Shown here: piece by piece, positions 45,734 through 56,279 of the stretch
Position numbering within the stretch: the stretch's first letter is position 1
Layout of the letters: each line of letters starts with the position of its first letter
From: Candidatus Omnitrophota bacterium
GTDB taxonomy: Bacteria; Omnitrophota; Gorgyraeia; Duberdicusellales; 4484-171
NCBI GenBank assembly: GCA_003154195.1
Contig: PMCS01000005.1
Span: forward strand, 9,449 to 73,448
Length of the DNA stretch: 64,000 nt
Direction: 5' to 3'
Program-made: the position numbers and the translations under genes
Notes under the pieces: generated by a model
Seen by the model: only the letters and a program-made list of their open reading frames with translations
Told to the model about the DNA's origin: nothing
Database searches by the model: none

Positions 45734-46723
45734 CTAAAACCCGCTTACCTTAAGATACTTGCCATACCATTCGATTGTTCTTTTCAAGCCGTCGTTTAAA
45801 CTATACCGCGGTTCCCACTTTAAAACGTTTCTCGCTTTCCCGGATGACAGGTACTGATGCTTTATTTCGTATCTTGCTTTACCCAGAATTTTATAAGCGG
45901 GAACCGTACCACAAGCGCGGTAAATGGTTTTTACCAAATCGATTACGGTAAGGGGATTCTCATCGCTGAAGTTAAACGCCTCGCCGGCCAACCTTTTTAT
46001 CCGCAACTGCTGCCCTAAAAGCAAATACCCTTCCACGATATCGTCGACGTAAATATAATCGCGGGTAAATTTACCGTCGCTGCGGATATTAAAAGTCTTG
46101 CCCAGGATAGCGCACCTCACCGCGTCCGGCACCACCCGGGAAAAATTAAAATCGCCCGGGCCGTAGATATTGCCGCACCGGGTAACCGCAGCCGGCACGC
46201 CATAGGTATTATAATACGCGCCGGCGATTAAATCCGCGCAGCTCTTAGACACATCATAAGGGTGATTGCCGGCCAAAGGAGCATTTTCTTTATAAGGAAG
46301 TTTTTTATGGCTTCCGTAAGCCTTATCGCTGGAAGCGACGACAAGCGCTTTTACTCCCGGCGTGCCCCTTGCCGCTTCAAGAATATTCCATGTCCCTTCG
46401 ATATTGGCGGAAAAACATTCCCGGGGGCTTTTAAGACAATCATTGACCAGCGCTTTAGCCGCGAGATGAAAAATAATCTCAATATTATCATTCGTCATAA
46501 CCTTTTTCATAAACGCGAAGTCGGCAACGCTCCCTTGATAAACCTTGATCATCCGTAAATCGCCGGCGGAAAGGATTGTTTCTTTGCGATGCGTTAAAAT
46601 ATCCACGCCGGCCACGCGCGCGCCGCCGGCGATAAGCGCTTTCGTCAGGTGAGAGCCCAAAAAACCTTCATAACCGGTTATTAAAACATTTTTATTGCGC
46701 CAAAATCTTTTATCCATTATCAT
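45734..46723 (-). CDS. rfbG: CDP-glucose 4,6-dehydratase-like extended SDR (RfbG-type)
   Basis: NVLITGYEGFLGSHL (RfbG-type Rossmann), YDVSK (YxxxK), C-terminal LKWEPRYSLNDGLKRTIEWY. Confidence 0.6.
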   Translation of the reverse strand: MIMDKRFWRNKNVLITGYEGFLGSHLTKALIAGGARVAGVDILTHRKETILSAGDLRMIKVYQGSVADFAFMKKVMTNDNIEIIFHLAAKALVNDCLKSPRECFSANIEGTWNILEAARGTPGVKALVVASSDKAYGSHKKLPYKENAPLAGNHPYDVSKSCADLIAGAYYNTYGVPAAVTRCGNIYGPGDFNFSRVVPDAVRCAILGKTFNIRSDGKFTRDYIYVDDIVEGYLLLGQQLRIKRLAGEAFNFSDENPLTVIDLVKTIYRACGTVPAYKILGKARYEIKHQYLSSGKARNVLKWEPRYSLNDGLKRTIEWYGKYLKVSGF

Positions 46724-46762
46724 TCACCTCAAATGATATTTTACTGCCCGTTGACACTCTGG

Positions 46763-48598
46763 CTACCGCCGCTCAAGAACAACATAATCATCAATAAGAT
46801 GAACAGCTTTGTAATTACTAAAAATATACCGGTCGATGCCGGAATACAATTTAAGCGTATCTCGTATCTTAGCATCGTAGAAAAAAGGGTAAAAAAACAA
46901 CTCCGCGATGGATTTTCCCGTCATCCCCCATGCCATATTGGCAACGCCGTCATCCCATACGCCACGGCTTATTAAAATAACATAATGAGACGCATCTTTC
47001 AACTGCTCGATTTTTCTATTTATCTCTGCTTTCGTGCCGACGCCGGTAAGGCCGCAAAAATATTCGGGTACATATTTATCGCGAAGATATAAATAATCGG
47101 ATAGCTCCTCCGAAACAGTAAAAGGCGTTGCGACTTTTTTATATTTCTTAAGCACCTTGTCAAAATCCCGATAGGTGTCCGCCAGTTCTTTCATCGAATA
47201 CGCCTTTGATCTTAAATAATAGAAAATCGCCGGACGGCTATAATTAAGGCCGCTTTCCAGCATGGCGACGCAAAAAATTATGCCGAATGATAACGCGTAA
47301 ATCTGGAACGCTTTTCGCGATATATGGTAAACCATGATAAGCGCCGTCAAAAATAGTCCGGAGCCGTAGAAAAAAATATGGCCGGGGTCGCACCGGCCTA
47401 ACGCGGCCGGCATCAAGGAAAAACTCAAAAAAACCAGGGCGCAAGAAAAAATGTTTTTCCGGTATTTTATGAAATTAGACAGCTGTACCGCCACAACATA
47501 AAAAAGACTCGCCAGATATATTAAAATCGACGGCGAAGGAATGATAGGGAAAGCGCCTATGCCAGCTGCATGCGCTATCATTCGAGAAAAATAATTTGTT
47601 TTCGCAAAGGCAAAAAACAACAATGCGCCGGATACAATCAAAACGATAAGCGGATAAAGAAATTTTCGATCGCGAAAAAACGACAAGAGAACAAAATAAA
47701 AAACGAGGGAAACAAAGAATGCCGCGCCGATCTCCGGCGAGATTAGAATATTCAATAATCCTAAGACAAAGGCGTAAACCGCGATTACAGTTGTTTTCAA
47801 TTTATTTTTGTCGCCGGCGGCAATAAAACGGTCCAGAAAAACCAAGCTTGCGTAAGAAAATAAAAATCTAACAAACGTATACTGTATCCCCAAAGATAAG
47901 GGAAGCGCCGCTAAGGAAAATAAATAAAAGATAAGAGTTTTCTCTTTTTTTCCGGCGGCAAGGGCATTAACTAAGAAAAACAAGAGGTATAAACCAAAAA
48001 AACAAAACAGCAAATAAGCCAGATAACATGTTGTTTTTAAATCAACGCCGAATATTTTTAAAGCATTGAATAAATACGCGGGCGCATATAAAAAAATTGC
48101 GCCGTGCTCATATGTAAAATCGCGATAGGGAATGTAGTTGGCCAGCGTTAATCTAACGCGATCGAAAAGATAAGCCATTTCTCCATAACCTATCCTCCCG
48201 CCGGTTAAATAGTAGAGCAGCGCTACGCAGAAAAAATATATCAAGCCTATATATACAAAATGCCGAAAAGAAATATTCTCGCCGTGTTCGCCCGGCGTTA
48301 AAAGAACGGGCCGGTCTTTTATCTCAAACAAAAGCCAAACCACCAGCGTTATCAACAAAATAAATATTGCCGTGGAAAAAACTGCCGCCTGATTGTTGAA
48401 CCCATAGTCAAGAGCGTCGGAAACAACAATAGCAGACGGCGGGATATAACGAGGCAAGTTAAAAATAGCGACACATGCTAAAGCAATATATACCTCTAAA
48501 AACGCTATTTTTTTATACATAAGATACTGATGGCGCTCAAACTGTTTCGCAAAAACCGCGAAACAGTTTGCCGGCAAAAAAAGCATCAAAAACATCAA
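46763..48598 (-). CDS. Large polytopic membrane protein (~15 TM) with ~190-aa C-terminal soluble domain; possible glycan polymerase/GT-C-like
   Basis: Hydrophobicity pattern only. Located inside the glycan locus. Confidence 0.35.
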   Translation of the reverse strand: MMFLMLFLPANCFAVFAKQFERHQYLMYKKIAFLEVYIALACVAIFNLPRYIPPSAIVVSDALDYGFNNQAAVFSTAIFILLITLVVWLLFEIKDRPVLLTPGEHGENISFRHFVYIGLIYFFCVALLYYLTGGRIGYGEMAYLFDRVRLTLANYIPYRDFTYEHGAIFLYAPAYLFNALKIFGVDLKTTCYLAYLLFCFFGLYLLFFLVNALAAGKKEKTLIFYLFSLAALPLSLGIQYTFVRFLFSYASLVFLDRFIAAGDKNKLKTTVIAVYAFVLGLLNILISPEIGAAFFVSLVFYFVLLSFFRDRKFLYPLIVLIVSGALLFFAFAKTNYFSRMIAHAAGIGAFPIIPSPSILIYLASLFYVVAVQLSNFIKYRKNIFSCALVFLSFSLMPAALGRCDPGHIFFYGSGLFLTALIMVYHISRKAFQIYALSFGIIFCVAMLESGLNYSRPAIFYYLRSKAYSMKELADTYRDFDKVLKKYKKVATPFTVSEELSDYLYLRDKYVPEYFCGLTGVGTKAEINRKIEQLKDASHYVILISRGVWDDGVANMAWGMTGKSIAELFFYPFFYDAKIRDTLKLYSGIDRYIFSNYKAVHLIDDYVVLERR

Positions 48599-49874
48599 CG
48601 ATATACTTCCTTTTCTCTCCCGTTATCCCGGGATAAACCCCGATCCAGAATAAATTATTCATTACTAAATCGGTATTATTTAATTTACCGGCGGCGCGGT
48701 ATTTTATATTTTGGTATGCCGGCTGCCGGAGCAAATTACCGCCAAAAAGCATGCGCGTGGCGATTTTATTGCTTTCTAAATAGCCGACGATATCGGCGCG
48801 GGAAAACGGCGCGGCCTCGCGCACCAGAATAGGAAAACCAAACCAGCTCGGCCCAGCTTCCTTAAGCCGGCGCGGTAAAATAAAATATTTTTCATACTTT
48901 TTTAAATGGATATATAAATAGGCGTAATTATTTTTTCGCGCGGCGATGAATTTTGGTAGTTTCTCAAGCTGGGCGCAGCCGATTGCCGCCTGCATATCGG
49001 TAACTTTTAAGTTATAGCCTATATGGGAATAAACATATTTATGGTCGTAGCCGTAAGGAAGACTGCCTAATTTTTGGGCGAAGCGCTTGCCGCAAGTATT
49101 GTCACAACCGGTTTCACACCAGCAATCCCTGCCCCAATCGCGAAAAGAAAGAATAATTTTACGCAATAGCGGATTGCTGGTTAATACCGCGCCGCCCTCT
49201 CCCATAGTTAAATGATGTGCCGGGAAAAAACTGCAGGTAGAAATATCCCCAAAAGCCCCCGTATATCTTCCCCGGTATTTTGAGCCGAGACTGTCGGAAT
49301 TATCCTCGATCAACCATATTTTATATTTCTTTGCGATTTTCTTAACCGCGGTTAAATCGAAAGGATTGCCTAATGTATGCGCTAAAAAAATAGCTCTTGT
49401 TTTCTTGCTTATTGCCGCCTCTATCTTTGCCGCATCGGTATTATACGTTCCCAGCTCAATATCAACAAAAACAGGAATCAGGTTATTTTGCAATATCGGA
49501 TTTAAAGTCGTGGGAAAACCGCAAGCGGTAGTAATGACCTCGTCCCCAGGTTTAAGCTGCCTGCTTTTTAACAACGGTGATGTTAAAGCCGAAACCGCCA
49601 ATAAATTAGCGGAGGAACCGGAATTACACAGCAAGCAATATTCGACACCCAGGAAATTGCTGAGCTTTTTTTCAAATTCCCGCGCGTATCTGCCGGCAGT
49701 AAGCCAGAAGTCCAGAGACGAATCTACCAGGGCGGTTAACTCTTTTTTGTCGTAAACCCTGCCGGCGTAGTTGATGTAAGTTTTGCCGGGAATAAATTTT
49801 TCTTCGGGCTTGGCTGAATAATATTTTTTTACCAATTTTAGTATCTTCTCGCGAAAAATATTTTCTTGGTTCAT
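48537..49874 (-). CDS. rfbH: CDP-6-deoxy-D-xylo-4-hexulose-3-dehydrase-like (RfbH/DdhC, DegT family PMP enzyme)
   Basis: LDFWLTAGRYAREFEKKLSNFLGV, PGDEVITTACGFPTTLNPILQNNLIPVFVDIE and LAHTLGNPFDL closely match the RfbH family. The likely start is the internal MNQEN. Confidence 0.7.
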   Translation of the reverse strand: MNQENIFREKILKLVKKYYSAKPEEKFIPGKTYINYAGRVYDKKELTALVDSSLDFWLTAGRYAREFEKKLSNFLGVEYCLLCNSGSSANLLAVSALTSPLLKSRQLKPGDEVITTACGFPTTLNPILQNNLIPVFVDIELGTYNTDAAKIEAAISKKTRAIFLAHTLGNPFDLTAVKKIAKKYKIWLIEDNSDSLGSKYRGRYTGAFGDISTCSFFPAHHLTMGEGGAVLTSNPLLRKIILSFRDWGRDCWCETGCDNTCGKRFAQKLGSLPYGYDHKYVYSHIGYNLKVTDMQAAIGCAQLEKLPKFIAARKNNYAYLYIHLKKYEKYFILPRRLKEAGPSWFGFPILVREAAPFSRADIVGYLESNKIATRMLFGGNLLRQPAYQNIKYRAAGKLNNTDLVMNNLFWIGVYPGITGEKRKYIVDVFDAFFAGKLFRGFCETV

Positions 49875-49893
49875 AGAATTAATAAGGTAATAT

Positions 49894-50961
49894 TTACTCA
49901 AAAACAAAATCTGCCAAGGCTGCGCTAACTTCATCAAACCCTGCATCATTAACCTTGACAAGCTTATAGCCGTCTCGCAGCATAACGACCGATAGTTTAT
50001 CCCCCACTCGTTTTTTATCGTTCCTCATGGCACCGATAATCGCGTCCGCTTGAAGATATCCTGCCTTAACCTTAACAACTAACGCGGGACGCAACAACTC
50101 ATCCATTACAAACGTGTGAAATTTTTGAGACATAATTCCTCTTCGATAGGAGATAATGTTCGCCAGCATCATGCCGGCGACGACTGCTTGCCCATGCGGA
50201 ATTTCAAATCTTGAAACACTTTCAATCGCATGGCCAAAACAATGTCCATAATTTAAAAGGTTCCGTAAACCTGAATCGAATTCATCTCTTTCGATATAAC
50301 TTTTCTTGATTGCTAACGTTTTCTTAATCATAACCGCCATAACTTTATTGTCGCGTTTTATCATCTCAGGCAAACATTCTATCAAACCCCTAGTCGCCTT
50401 CTCGCCGCCCATAATATCAAGTTTAACCACTTCGCCTAACCCGCTGAAATAATCAATCTTTTTTTGCGTTGTCAAAAAGGAGATATCGATAAAAACTTCA
50501 ATCGGCGGATAAAATGTACCGACAATATTCTTAAAGCGCTTATAATTAAGGGAAGTTTTACCGCCGATGCAACTATCACACTGAGCCAAAAGAGTTGTCG
50601 GCAAAAATATCCATTCAATACCCCGGTATAGCGTCGAAGCGGCGAATCCGCTTATATCCTGCGCAATCCCACCGCCTATCGTAACCATGGTCATATTCCG
50701 CTTTGCCGACCGAGCGATCAAGGCATCATAAATACGCAAAACACTATCCAGGATTTTCTTATCCTCGCCAATCGACAGGACCATAACATCGCACCGCGGT
50801 AAACATTTTAAAACTGAATCCTTGTATAGCTTCCAAACAGCATTATCAACAATAAAAAAACTAGGCTGACGATTCCTAATAGTTTTTGATAAATACCCGG
50901 CCGCGCTGCCAAAATCAACTCTGTAATCACGAATATTCGAATGAATCGTAATCACAGACAT
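49894..50961 (-). CDS. 3-dehydroquinate synthase-like sugar-phosphate cyclase superfamily protein
   Basis: TIGGGIAQDISGFAAS (GGG nucleotide loop) and metal-binding His pair NYGHCFGHAIE...HGQAVVAGM. Confidence 0.55.
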   Translation of the reverse strand: MSVITIHSNIRDYRVDFGSAAGYLSKTIRNRQPSFFIVDNAVWKLYKDSVLKCLPRCDVMVLSIGEDKKILDSVLRIYDALIARSAKRNMTMVTIGGGIAQDISGFAASTLYRGIEWIFLPTTLLAQCDSCIGGKTSLNYKRFKNIVGTFYPPIEVFIDISFLTTQKKIDYFSGLGEVVKLDIMGGEKATRGLIECLPEMIKRDNKVMAVMIKKTLAIKKSYIERDEFDSGLRNLLNYGHCFGHAIESVSRFEIPHGQAVVAGMMLANIISYRRGIMSQKFHTFVMDELLRPALVVKVKAGYLQADAIIGAMRNDKKRVGDKLSVVMLRDGYKLVKVNDAGFDEVSAALADFVFE

Positions 50962-51629
50962 ACAAATCCTCCATCGACCATGATGACTTGCCCTGTAATA
51001 TAGGTATTTTTTTCTGAAACTAAAAACCCGGCAACCTCAGCTATCTCAGCCGGCTCAGCCAAACGGCCGACCGGAATGGTCTTCCTGATCGCCTCTATCT
51101 CTTGTGATGAATTATTCTGCCTGGTCAATTCAGTATTCACATATCCCGGAGCCAAAGCATTGACTAAAACATTTTTTGCCGCTAACTCCACTGCCAATGT
51201 GCGCGTCAGCCCATTGATACCGGATTTAGTCATTGAATACGTGACACGGCGGGGCTTGGTGACCATACTCCAAATCGAACTAATATTTAAAATCCGCCCA
51301 TATCCGCGCCTAGCCATCGCCGGCGCCAGGCCACGGATTAATTCAAGCGGCGCCAGCAAATTGACTTGCATCATCCGGCTTATAGCTTTATCGCTTAATT
51401 CTTCGATGCCGCCAAGCACATTAATACCGGCATTATTGACTAAAATATCCACCGGCTTCTTTAAACCCGTCAAAAACTTCCTAATCGCACGCGTACTGGA
51501 AATATCGAGTTGTTGGTGGGTAGGCGCGAGAACGCAAATACCGTTTCGCGACAATCGTTGGGCAATAGCCGCGCCGATTCCGCGTGAAGCCCCTGTAATC
51601 AAAGCGACTCGTTTTATTTTTTTTTGCAT
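50952..51629 (-). CDS. SDR family oxidoreductase (FabG-like)
   Basis: ALITGASRGIGAAIA (TGxxxGxG), NNAG, S...YSMTK (YxxxK). Confidence 0.75.
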   Translation of the reverse strand: MQKKIKRVALITGASRGIGAAIAQRLSRNGICVLAPTHQQLDISSTRAIRKFLTGLKKPVDILVNNAGINVLGGIEELSDKAISRMMQVNLLAPLELIRGLAPAMARRGYGRILNISSIWSMVTKPRRVTYSMTKSGINGLTRTLAVELAAKNVLVNALAPGYVNTELTRQNNSSQEIEAIRKTIPVGRLAEPAEIAEVAGFLVSEKNTYITGQVIMVDGGFVCL

Positions 51630-51657
51630 TCTCGCCTCCGCTCTATTTTGTAGGCCC

Positions 51658-52443
51658 CTATACATGGCTGAAGCGTTCTTCCAGCATTGCAATACGCTTC
51701 TCGTCTTCTTCCGCAATAGTCTTATAATAACTGCGTTTGTTCTTTAGCCATAACAATTCAAACCACACTGCTTTTAAAATACCCTTATCCGCGTCGGGAC
51801 CAAGCGCGCCGGGACAGTTAAAGCAGACTTTGCGCGTCTCATAGCGATCGGCCAATACGCCAAGATCGCGTAAAAACGGCAAAGAATCGACCGCAATCGC
51901 ACCGCCGACCACGCAAGTCAATCCTTTCGATTTTGCTTTTGTCAAAAGGGCTTTAGTATCGTTAAAAACACGCTCGCTATCGACAGCCTTACGGTCAAGA
52001 TTCATCGAACCGGTATAATCGACACGCCCCATGACTACCCCGCCAAGCATGGAAAACTCAGGGATATTCATCATCTCATCAAAATTTTTAGCCGCAGTCT
52101 CAGTCTCGATATTCACCAAAAAATCTACCCGCGCCTGCTCGTCTTCGGGAAAAACATTCGCTACTGCCCGCAAGTATTTACGCAATGAGAACGCCGTTTC
52201 TACCATAGGCGCCACCAAAACGTCCACGCCGATCGAACGCGCATCATACATATCCCGCAAAGCTTCGCAACCGCCGATTTTAAGCGTCACCTTAGCTCCC
52301 GCCGCCAGACAAATCTCCTTCAACCGCATCATTTCTTCAATGCGGGTACCTTCTGCTTCAAACTCAGCCTTTACGCCTTCTACGTGATACGTTGCGATCA
52401 ACTCCCGTAATGCAAGCACCATATCTTTTTCTGTCGCGTTCAT
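51658..52443 (-). CDS. HpcH/HpaI aldolase / citrate-lyase family protein (paralog 1)
   Basis: VDVLVAPMVETA and VNIETETAAKN motifs. Tandem with a paralog. Confidence 0.5.
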   Translation of the reverse strand: MNATEKDMVLALRELIATYHVEGVKAEFEAEGTRIEEMMRLKEICLAAGAKVTLKIGGCEALRDMYDARSIGVDVLVAPMVETAFSLRKYLRAVANVFPEDEQARVDFLVNIETETAAKNFDEMMNIPEFSMLGGVVMGRVDYTGSMNLDRKAVDSERVFNDTKALLTKAKSKGLTCVVGGAIAVDSLPFLRDLGVLADRYETRKVCFNCPGALGPDADKGILKAVWFELLWLKNKRSYYKTIAEEDEKRIAMLEERFSHV

Positions 52444-52461
52444 AGTATCCTCCGGGCTACA

Positions 52462-53259
52462 TCAAATCAGCTCATCGATAGCCTTGCGATAACTTTGTTC
52501 AAGAGTATTCATTCTCGCCACATCGGTAGCTTGAATGCCATTATTAAAATTTAATTTATTTTTTATCCAAAGAAGTTCAAAACCAAGCGCCTTTAAAATG
52601 CCCTTTTCCGCATCGGTTTTAAAAGCTGCTCTAGCATCAAAACAAACCTTGCGGGTTTCATAAAAATCCAGGCACTCTATCGTTTTAAATAAAGAGATAT
52701 GCTGAGCCGAGACGCCGCCGCCGACATAGCACGCTAAATTCATTTTTTTGGCTAACGAACAAACACTGCCGACGATTTCATTCAATTCTTTGCTATCAAG
52801 ATAATCCTCCCCCCTACCCATTGAACTAAAAAGATCGTACCGTTCGATCACTATGCCCTTAAGCAGATGAATTTCGGGTATTGCCAGCATCGCTTTGAAA
52901 TTTTCAATCGCCGTAGCAGTTTCTATGTTGGTAAGTATGGCTAGATCTTTAATCTCTTCGGCTGAAAAAACTTTCGCCACAGCCTGCAAATATTTACGTA
53001 AAGCATACGCGGTTTCCACCATAGGCGCCACCAAGACATCCACGCCTACCACCTTTGATTCCAGTATATCCCGCAATGATTCGCAACCGCCGATTTTTAA
53101 GGCCACCTTCACCCCGGCGCTCATGCAGATCTCCTTTAAACGCAACAATTCTTCTAACCGGGTACCCTCAGCTTCAAATTCTGCCTTGACGCTGACTGCC
53201 CCATATTTGCCCTTCAATTCCTTTAACGACTCAACCATTTGAATTTCTAAATTATTCAT
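52462..53259 (-). CDS. HpcH/HpaI aldolase / citrate-lyase family protein (paralog 2)
   Basis: VDVLVAPMVETA, TNIETATAIEN. ~45% identical to paralog 1 by eye. Confidence 0.5.
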   Translation of the reverse strand: MNNLEIQMVESLKELKGKYGAVSVKAEFEAEGTRLEELLRLKEICMSAGVKVALKIGGCESLRDILESKVVGVDVLVAPMVETAYALRKYLQAVAKVFSAEEIKDLAILTNIETATAIENFKAMLAIPEIHLLKGIVIERYDLFSSMGRGEDYLDSKELNEIVGSVCSLAKKMNLACYVGGGVSAQHISLFKTIECLDFYETRKVCFDARAAFKTDAEKGILKALGFELLWIKNKLNFNNGIQATDVARMNTLEQSYRKAIDELI

Positions 53260-53308
53260 GACGATCTCCCTTTATCGGGCATCCCCGCACCATTGATTGC
53301 AACATTTT

Positions 53309-55111
53309 TTATCCTATGTTTCCCTGTATCTTATTCGACAAAAATTCTTTTCGTTCAAGAAACGGATACATATCATCCAAAGAACTCGACACTATCCTGC
53401 CATCGGAAAGCTTTTTAGAAGAAGTTTTTGGGCTAAAGATATATCCTGGAGTCAATACTATCTCACAAACCCCCGGCCCCTTTTCCGCTAAAAACATTGT
53501 GATAGTACGTTCCAGACCCTTATGAGAATGCAGCCGTAACGCACGAAGGCCATAGGCCTTTGCCACAGCAACAATATCCGGAAAACTGACGCCGGTCTTA
53601 GGGCAACAGGCTACGCGATTACCGTCAAAAAACGCGTCCTGAGTCTGTTGTATAGAGACATACCCCTGGTTGTTTAAAACAAATAATTTCAAGGGCAGTT
53701 TATGATGGACGATAGTCTGAAATTCCTGGATATTCATCTGTAGACTGCCGTCTCCGGCAAGGCAGATCACCCGCTTGCCTTTGCCGGAAAAACAGGCTCC
53801 TATAGCCGCAGGTAAATCATACCCCATAGAAGCGCAGCCTGAATTCCAAAATATTTTCTGCCCTTTTTTTACGATGCCGGCTTGAAAAAGAGTTATACAA
53901 GCGGTGCCGTTTCCGGCAACAACCACATCGTCGCGATCCAAGATACGAGTCAGCGTACGGGCAAAATAATACGGTTGTATAAATTTTTTTACCTTGGCAT
54001 AATCCGGCAAAACAACATCATAGTTGAGCTTACGTTTTATACACCAGCGTAACCATTTTTGACGGTCAATGACAGCCAGCGCGTTAAAGCCACGCTGAAG
54101 TTCATGTATAAACACCGCAGCATCACAATTAACAGCCATATCCGGTTTAACTGTGGGTTTTTGCAGTTCCGCCGCATCGACATCCACAATGACCTTAAAG
54201 GCTTCCTTAGCAAAAGAATCCCAGTTATAACTTATCTGCCGTATATTATTTCGTGTACCGATTTCTAAAACCACATCCGCGTTTTGCAGAGCAAAATTAC
54301 CGGCCCGGGTTCCCAGCGTGCCTATTCGTCCAATAAACAAAGGATCGTCGGAAGCCATAATATCAAAACCGTTAAACGTCGTCACAACCGGAACCTTTAA
54401 CTTTTTTATTAATTTATTAAAGGCATATACCGCACCGGCAAGCTTTATTCCATGCCCCGCTACGATCAAAGGCCGTTGAGCAAAGTTTAATTTTTTAACC
54501 ACAAAAGATATATCTTTTTCGCTTACGGTTAACTTCGTACTGTTTACCGCATCCACATATCCTTCGAGTTCTCGTTCATGAACCATCGCTGATTGAATAT
54601 TAAGCGGTACCTCAAGCCATACCGGCCCGGGCCGCCCGCTCATAGCCATAAAAAAAGCTTTTTCCAGATGAAACCTCACATCGCCGGGCTTTGAAATTAT
54701 TGCCGCGTACTTGATGACCGGGCGTACAATATCGACAATATTTATTTCCTGATCCCCTAACTGGCGCAAACCAAGCTCCCGACAAGATTCTATAGTAGTT
54801 TCCTGCTTAACCTGGCCGCTAATATATATTACCGGGATAGAATCAAGCCACTGGCCGATCACCCCGGTTAAACAATTTGTGCCGCCCGGGCCGCTGGTAA
54901 CAACTACCGCAGCCATTTTGTTACTGGCTCTAAAATATCCTTCAGCGGCAATCGCACAGGCCTGCTCATGATGGTTGCAAATATAACGCAGGCCCTTTTG
55001 CCTGCCAATAGAATCAACCAGATGCATAGCGCCGCCGCCGGATATCATAAAAACATCTTTTATCCCAAACTCGACCAACCGTTTTGTTATATAATCGGAA
55101 AGTTTAATCAT
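53309..55111 (-). CDS. Thiamine-diphosphate-dependent enzyme, acetolactate-synthase-like (YerE-like candidate)
   Basis: N-terminal PYR domain FMISGGGAMHLVD...VTSGPGGTNCLTGV and C-terminal PP domain LAGDGSLQMNIQE (GDG...N). Confidence 0.75.
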   Translation of the reverse strand: MIKLSDYITKRLVEFGIKDVFMISGGGAMHLVDSIGRQKGLRYICNHHEQACAIAAEGYFRASNKMAAVVVTSGPGGTNCLTGVIGQWLDSIPVIYISGQVKQETTIESCRELGLRQLGDQEINIVDIVRPVIKYAAIISKPGDVRFHLEKAFFMAMSGRPGPVWLEVPLNIQSAMVHERELEGYVDAVNSTKLTVSEKDISFVVKKLNFAQRPLIVAGHGIKLAGAVYAFNKLIKKLKVPVVTTFNGFDIMASDDPLFIGRIGTLGTRAGNFALQNADVVLEIGTRNNIRQISYNWDSFAKEAFKVIVDVDAAELQKPTVKPDMAVNCDAAVFIHELQRGFNALAVIDRQKWLRWCIKRKLNYDVVLPDYAKVKKFIQPYYFARTLTRILDRDDVVVAGNGTACITLFQAGIVKKGQKIFWNSGCASMGYDLPAAIGACFSGKGKRVICLAGDGSLQMNIQEFQTIVHHKLPLKLFVLNNQGYVSIQQTQDAFFDGNRVACCPKTGVSFPDIVAVAKAYGLRALRLHSHKGLERTITMFLAEKGPGVCEIVLTPGYIFSPKTSSKKLSDGRIVSSSLDDMYPFLERKEFLSNKIQGNIG

Positions 55112-55159
55112 CGATTATTTATTTTCCATTAATTTTTCTATATAATAAAGCAAATGGTT

Positions 55160-56263
55160 TCATTTCAAAAGCGCACAAAATGTACGACAGACAAAATCAA
55201 CATCTTTTTCAGTGATATCCGCAGCTGAAGCCAGCGAAATACCTCTTTTCTCAACCTTTTCCGCCACGGGATTAGGGAAGCGCCGCGTATACATGGGGAA
55301 TGAACTCATCCGGGGAAAAGCAGGACGGCAATGTATATTATGCTCCCTGAAATGTTTTAATATTTCGTCACGTTGCACTGAAATACCATCCTCCAAAAGA
55401 ATCGAAGGATAGCAGTAATTACTTTTACAATCCTTTTTTTCTTTGATGATCTTTATCCCCGGCACATCCTTAAGCCGCGCGTAATACCACGAGAATATCT
55501 CTCGTTTCTTAGCGACTAATTCCTCGATACGCTCCACCTGCGCAAGAGCAAGCGCCGCAGTCAGGTTAGCAATCGTATATTGATACCCCAGCATATCCGA
55601 CCAAAAAACAGCTTTTGAATCTGTGCGGCCCATATTACTAAGCAGGACTGCTTTCTGATATAACTCTTTATTATTGGTGACGAAAATTCCGCCCTCGCCG
55701 CTGACCGCTATTTTTGCGCCCTGAAAGCTAAAACACCCGATATCGCCGAATGTCCCCGTCTTTTGCCCCTTAAACTCGGAACCCAAAGAAGGGGCCGCGT
55801 CCTCAATGACACGCAGATTATATTTTTTTGCTATATTCATAATTTCATCCATCTGTGCCGGATGGCCAAAACAATGCACCAGCATAATAGCCTTCGTCTT
55901 ATCTGTTATGGCTTTTTCTATCGCGCGCGGTTCTATGCACCATGAATCCGGATCGATATCGACAAACACCGGAACTGCGCCGGTATAAAGAATTGCATGA
56001 GCGGTAGCAACCCAGCTAAAATCAGTGCAGATAACCTCATCGCCCGGCTTTAACCCTATAGAGGCTGTAGCCAAATGAAGCGCCACCGTACAGCAATGTG
56101 TCGCGAGAGTGTACTGAACGCCCAAATACTCAGCAACCGCGCGCTCCAGTTTCTTTATATGCATATCAAATGTTTGATACCACCCGTTTTTAACTGCCTC
56201 GAGCACATAGTCAATTTCTTTTTGCGTTATCCATGGGCCCGCAAAACTTATTTTCTTGTTCAT
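55160..56263 (-). CDS. DegT/DnrJ/EryC1/StrS family sugar aminotransferase
   Basis: GDEVICTDFSWVATA, FHPAQM-type region, FSFQGAKIAVSGEGG (the PLP Lys in this motif). The start is the internal MNKKISF, preceded by an AAGGGGGA SD. Confidence 0.8.
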   Translation of the reverse strand: MNKKISFAGPWITQKEIDYVLEAVKNGWYQTFDMHIKKLERAVAEYLGVQYTLATHCCTVALHLATASIGLKPGDEVICTDFSWVATAHAILYTGAVPVFVDIDPDSWCIEPRAIEKAITDKTKAIMLVHCFGHPAQMDEIMNIAKKYNLRVIEDAAPSLGSEFKGQKTGTFGDIGCFSFQGAKIAVSGEGGIFVTNNKELYQKAVLLSNMGRTDSKAVFWSDMLGYQYTIANLTAALALAQVERIEELVAKKREIFSWYYARLKDVPGIKIIKEKKDCKSNYCYPSILLEDGISVQRDEILKHFREHNIHCRPAFPRMSSFPMYTRRFPNPVAEKVEKRGISLASAADITEKDVDFVCRTFCALLK

Positions 56264-56279
56264 ATACAATCCCCCTTTG

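Noticed and set aside
51076-53242. Plus-strand ORFs 51076-51747, 52031-52387, 52895-53242 (115-223 aa)
   Set aside because: They are antisense to the SDR and the HpcH-like genes, whose motifs are clear.
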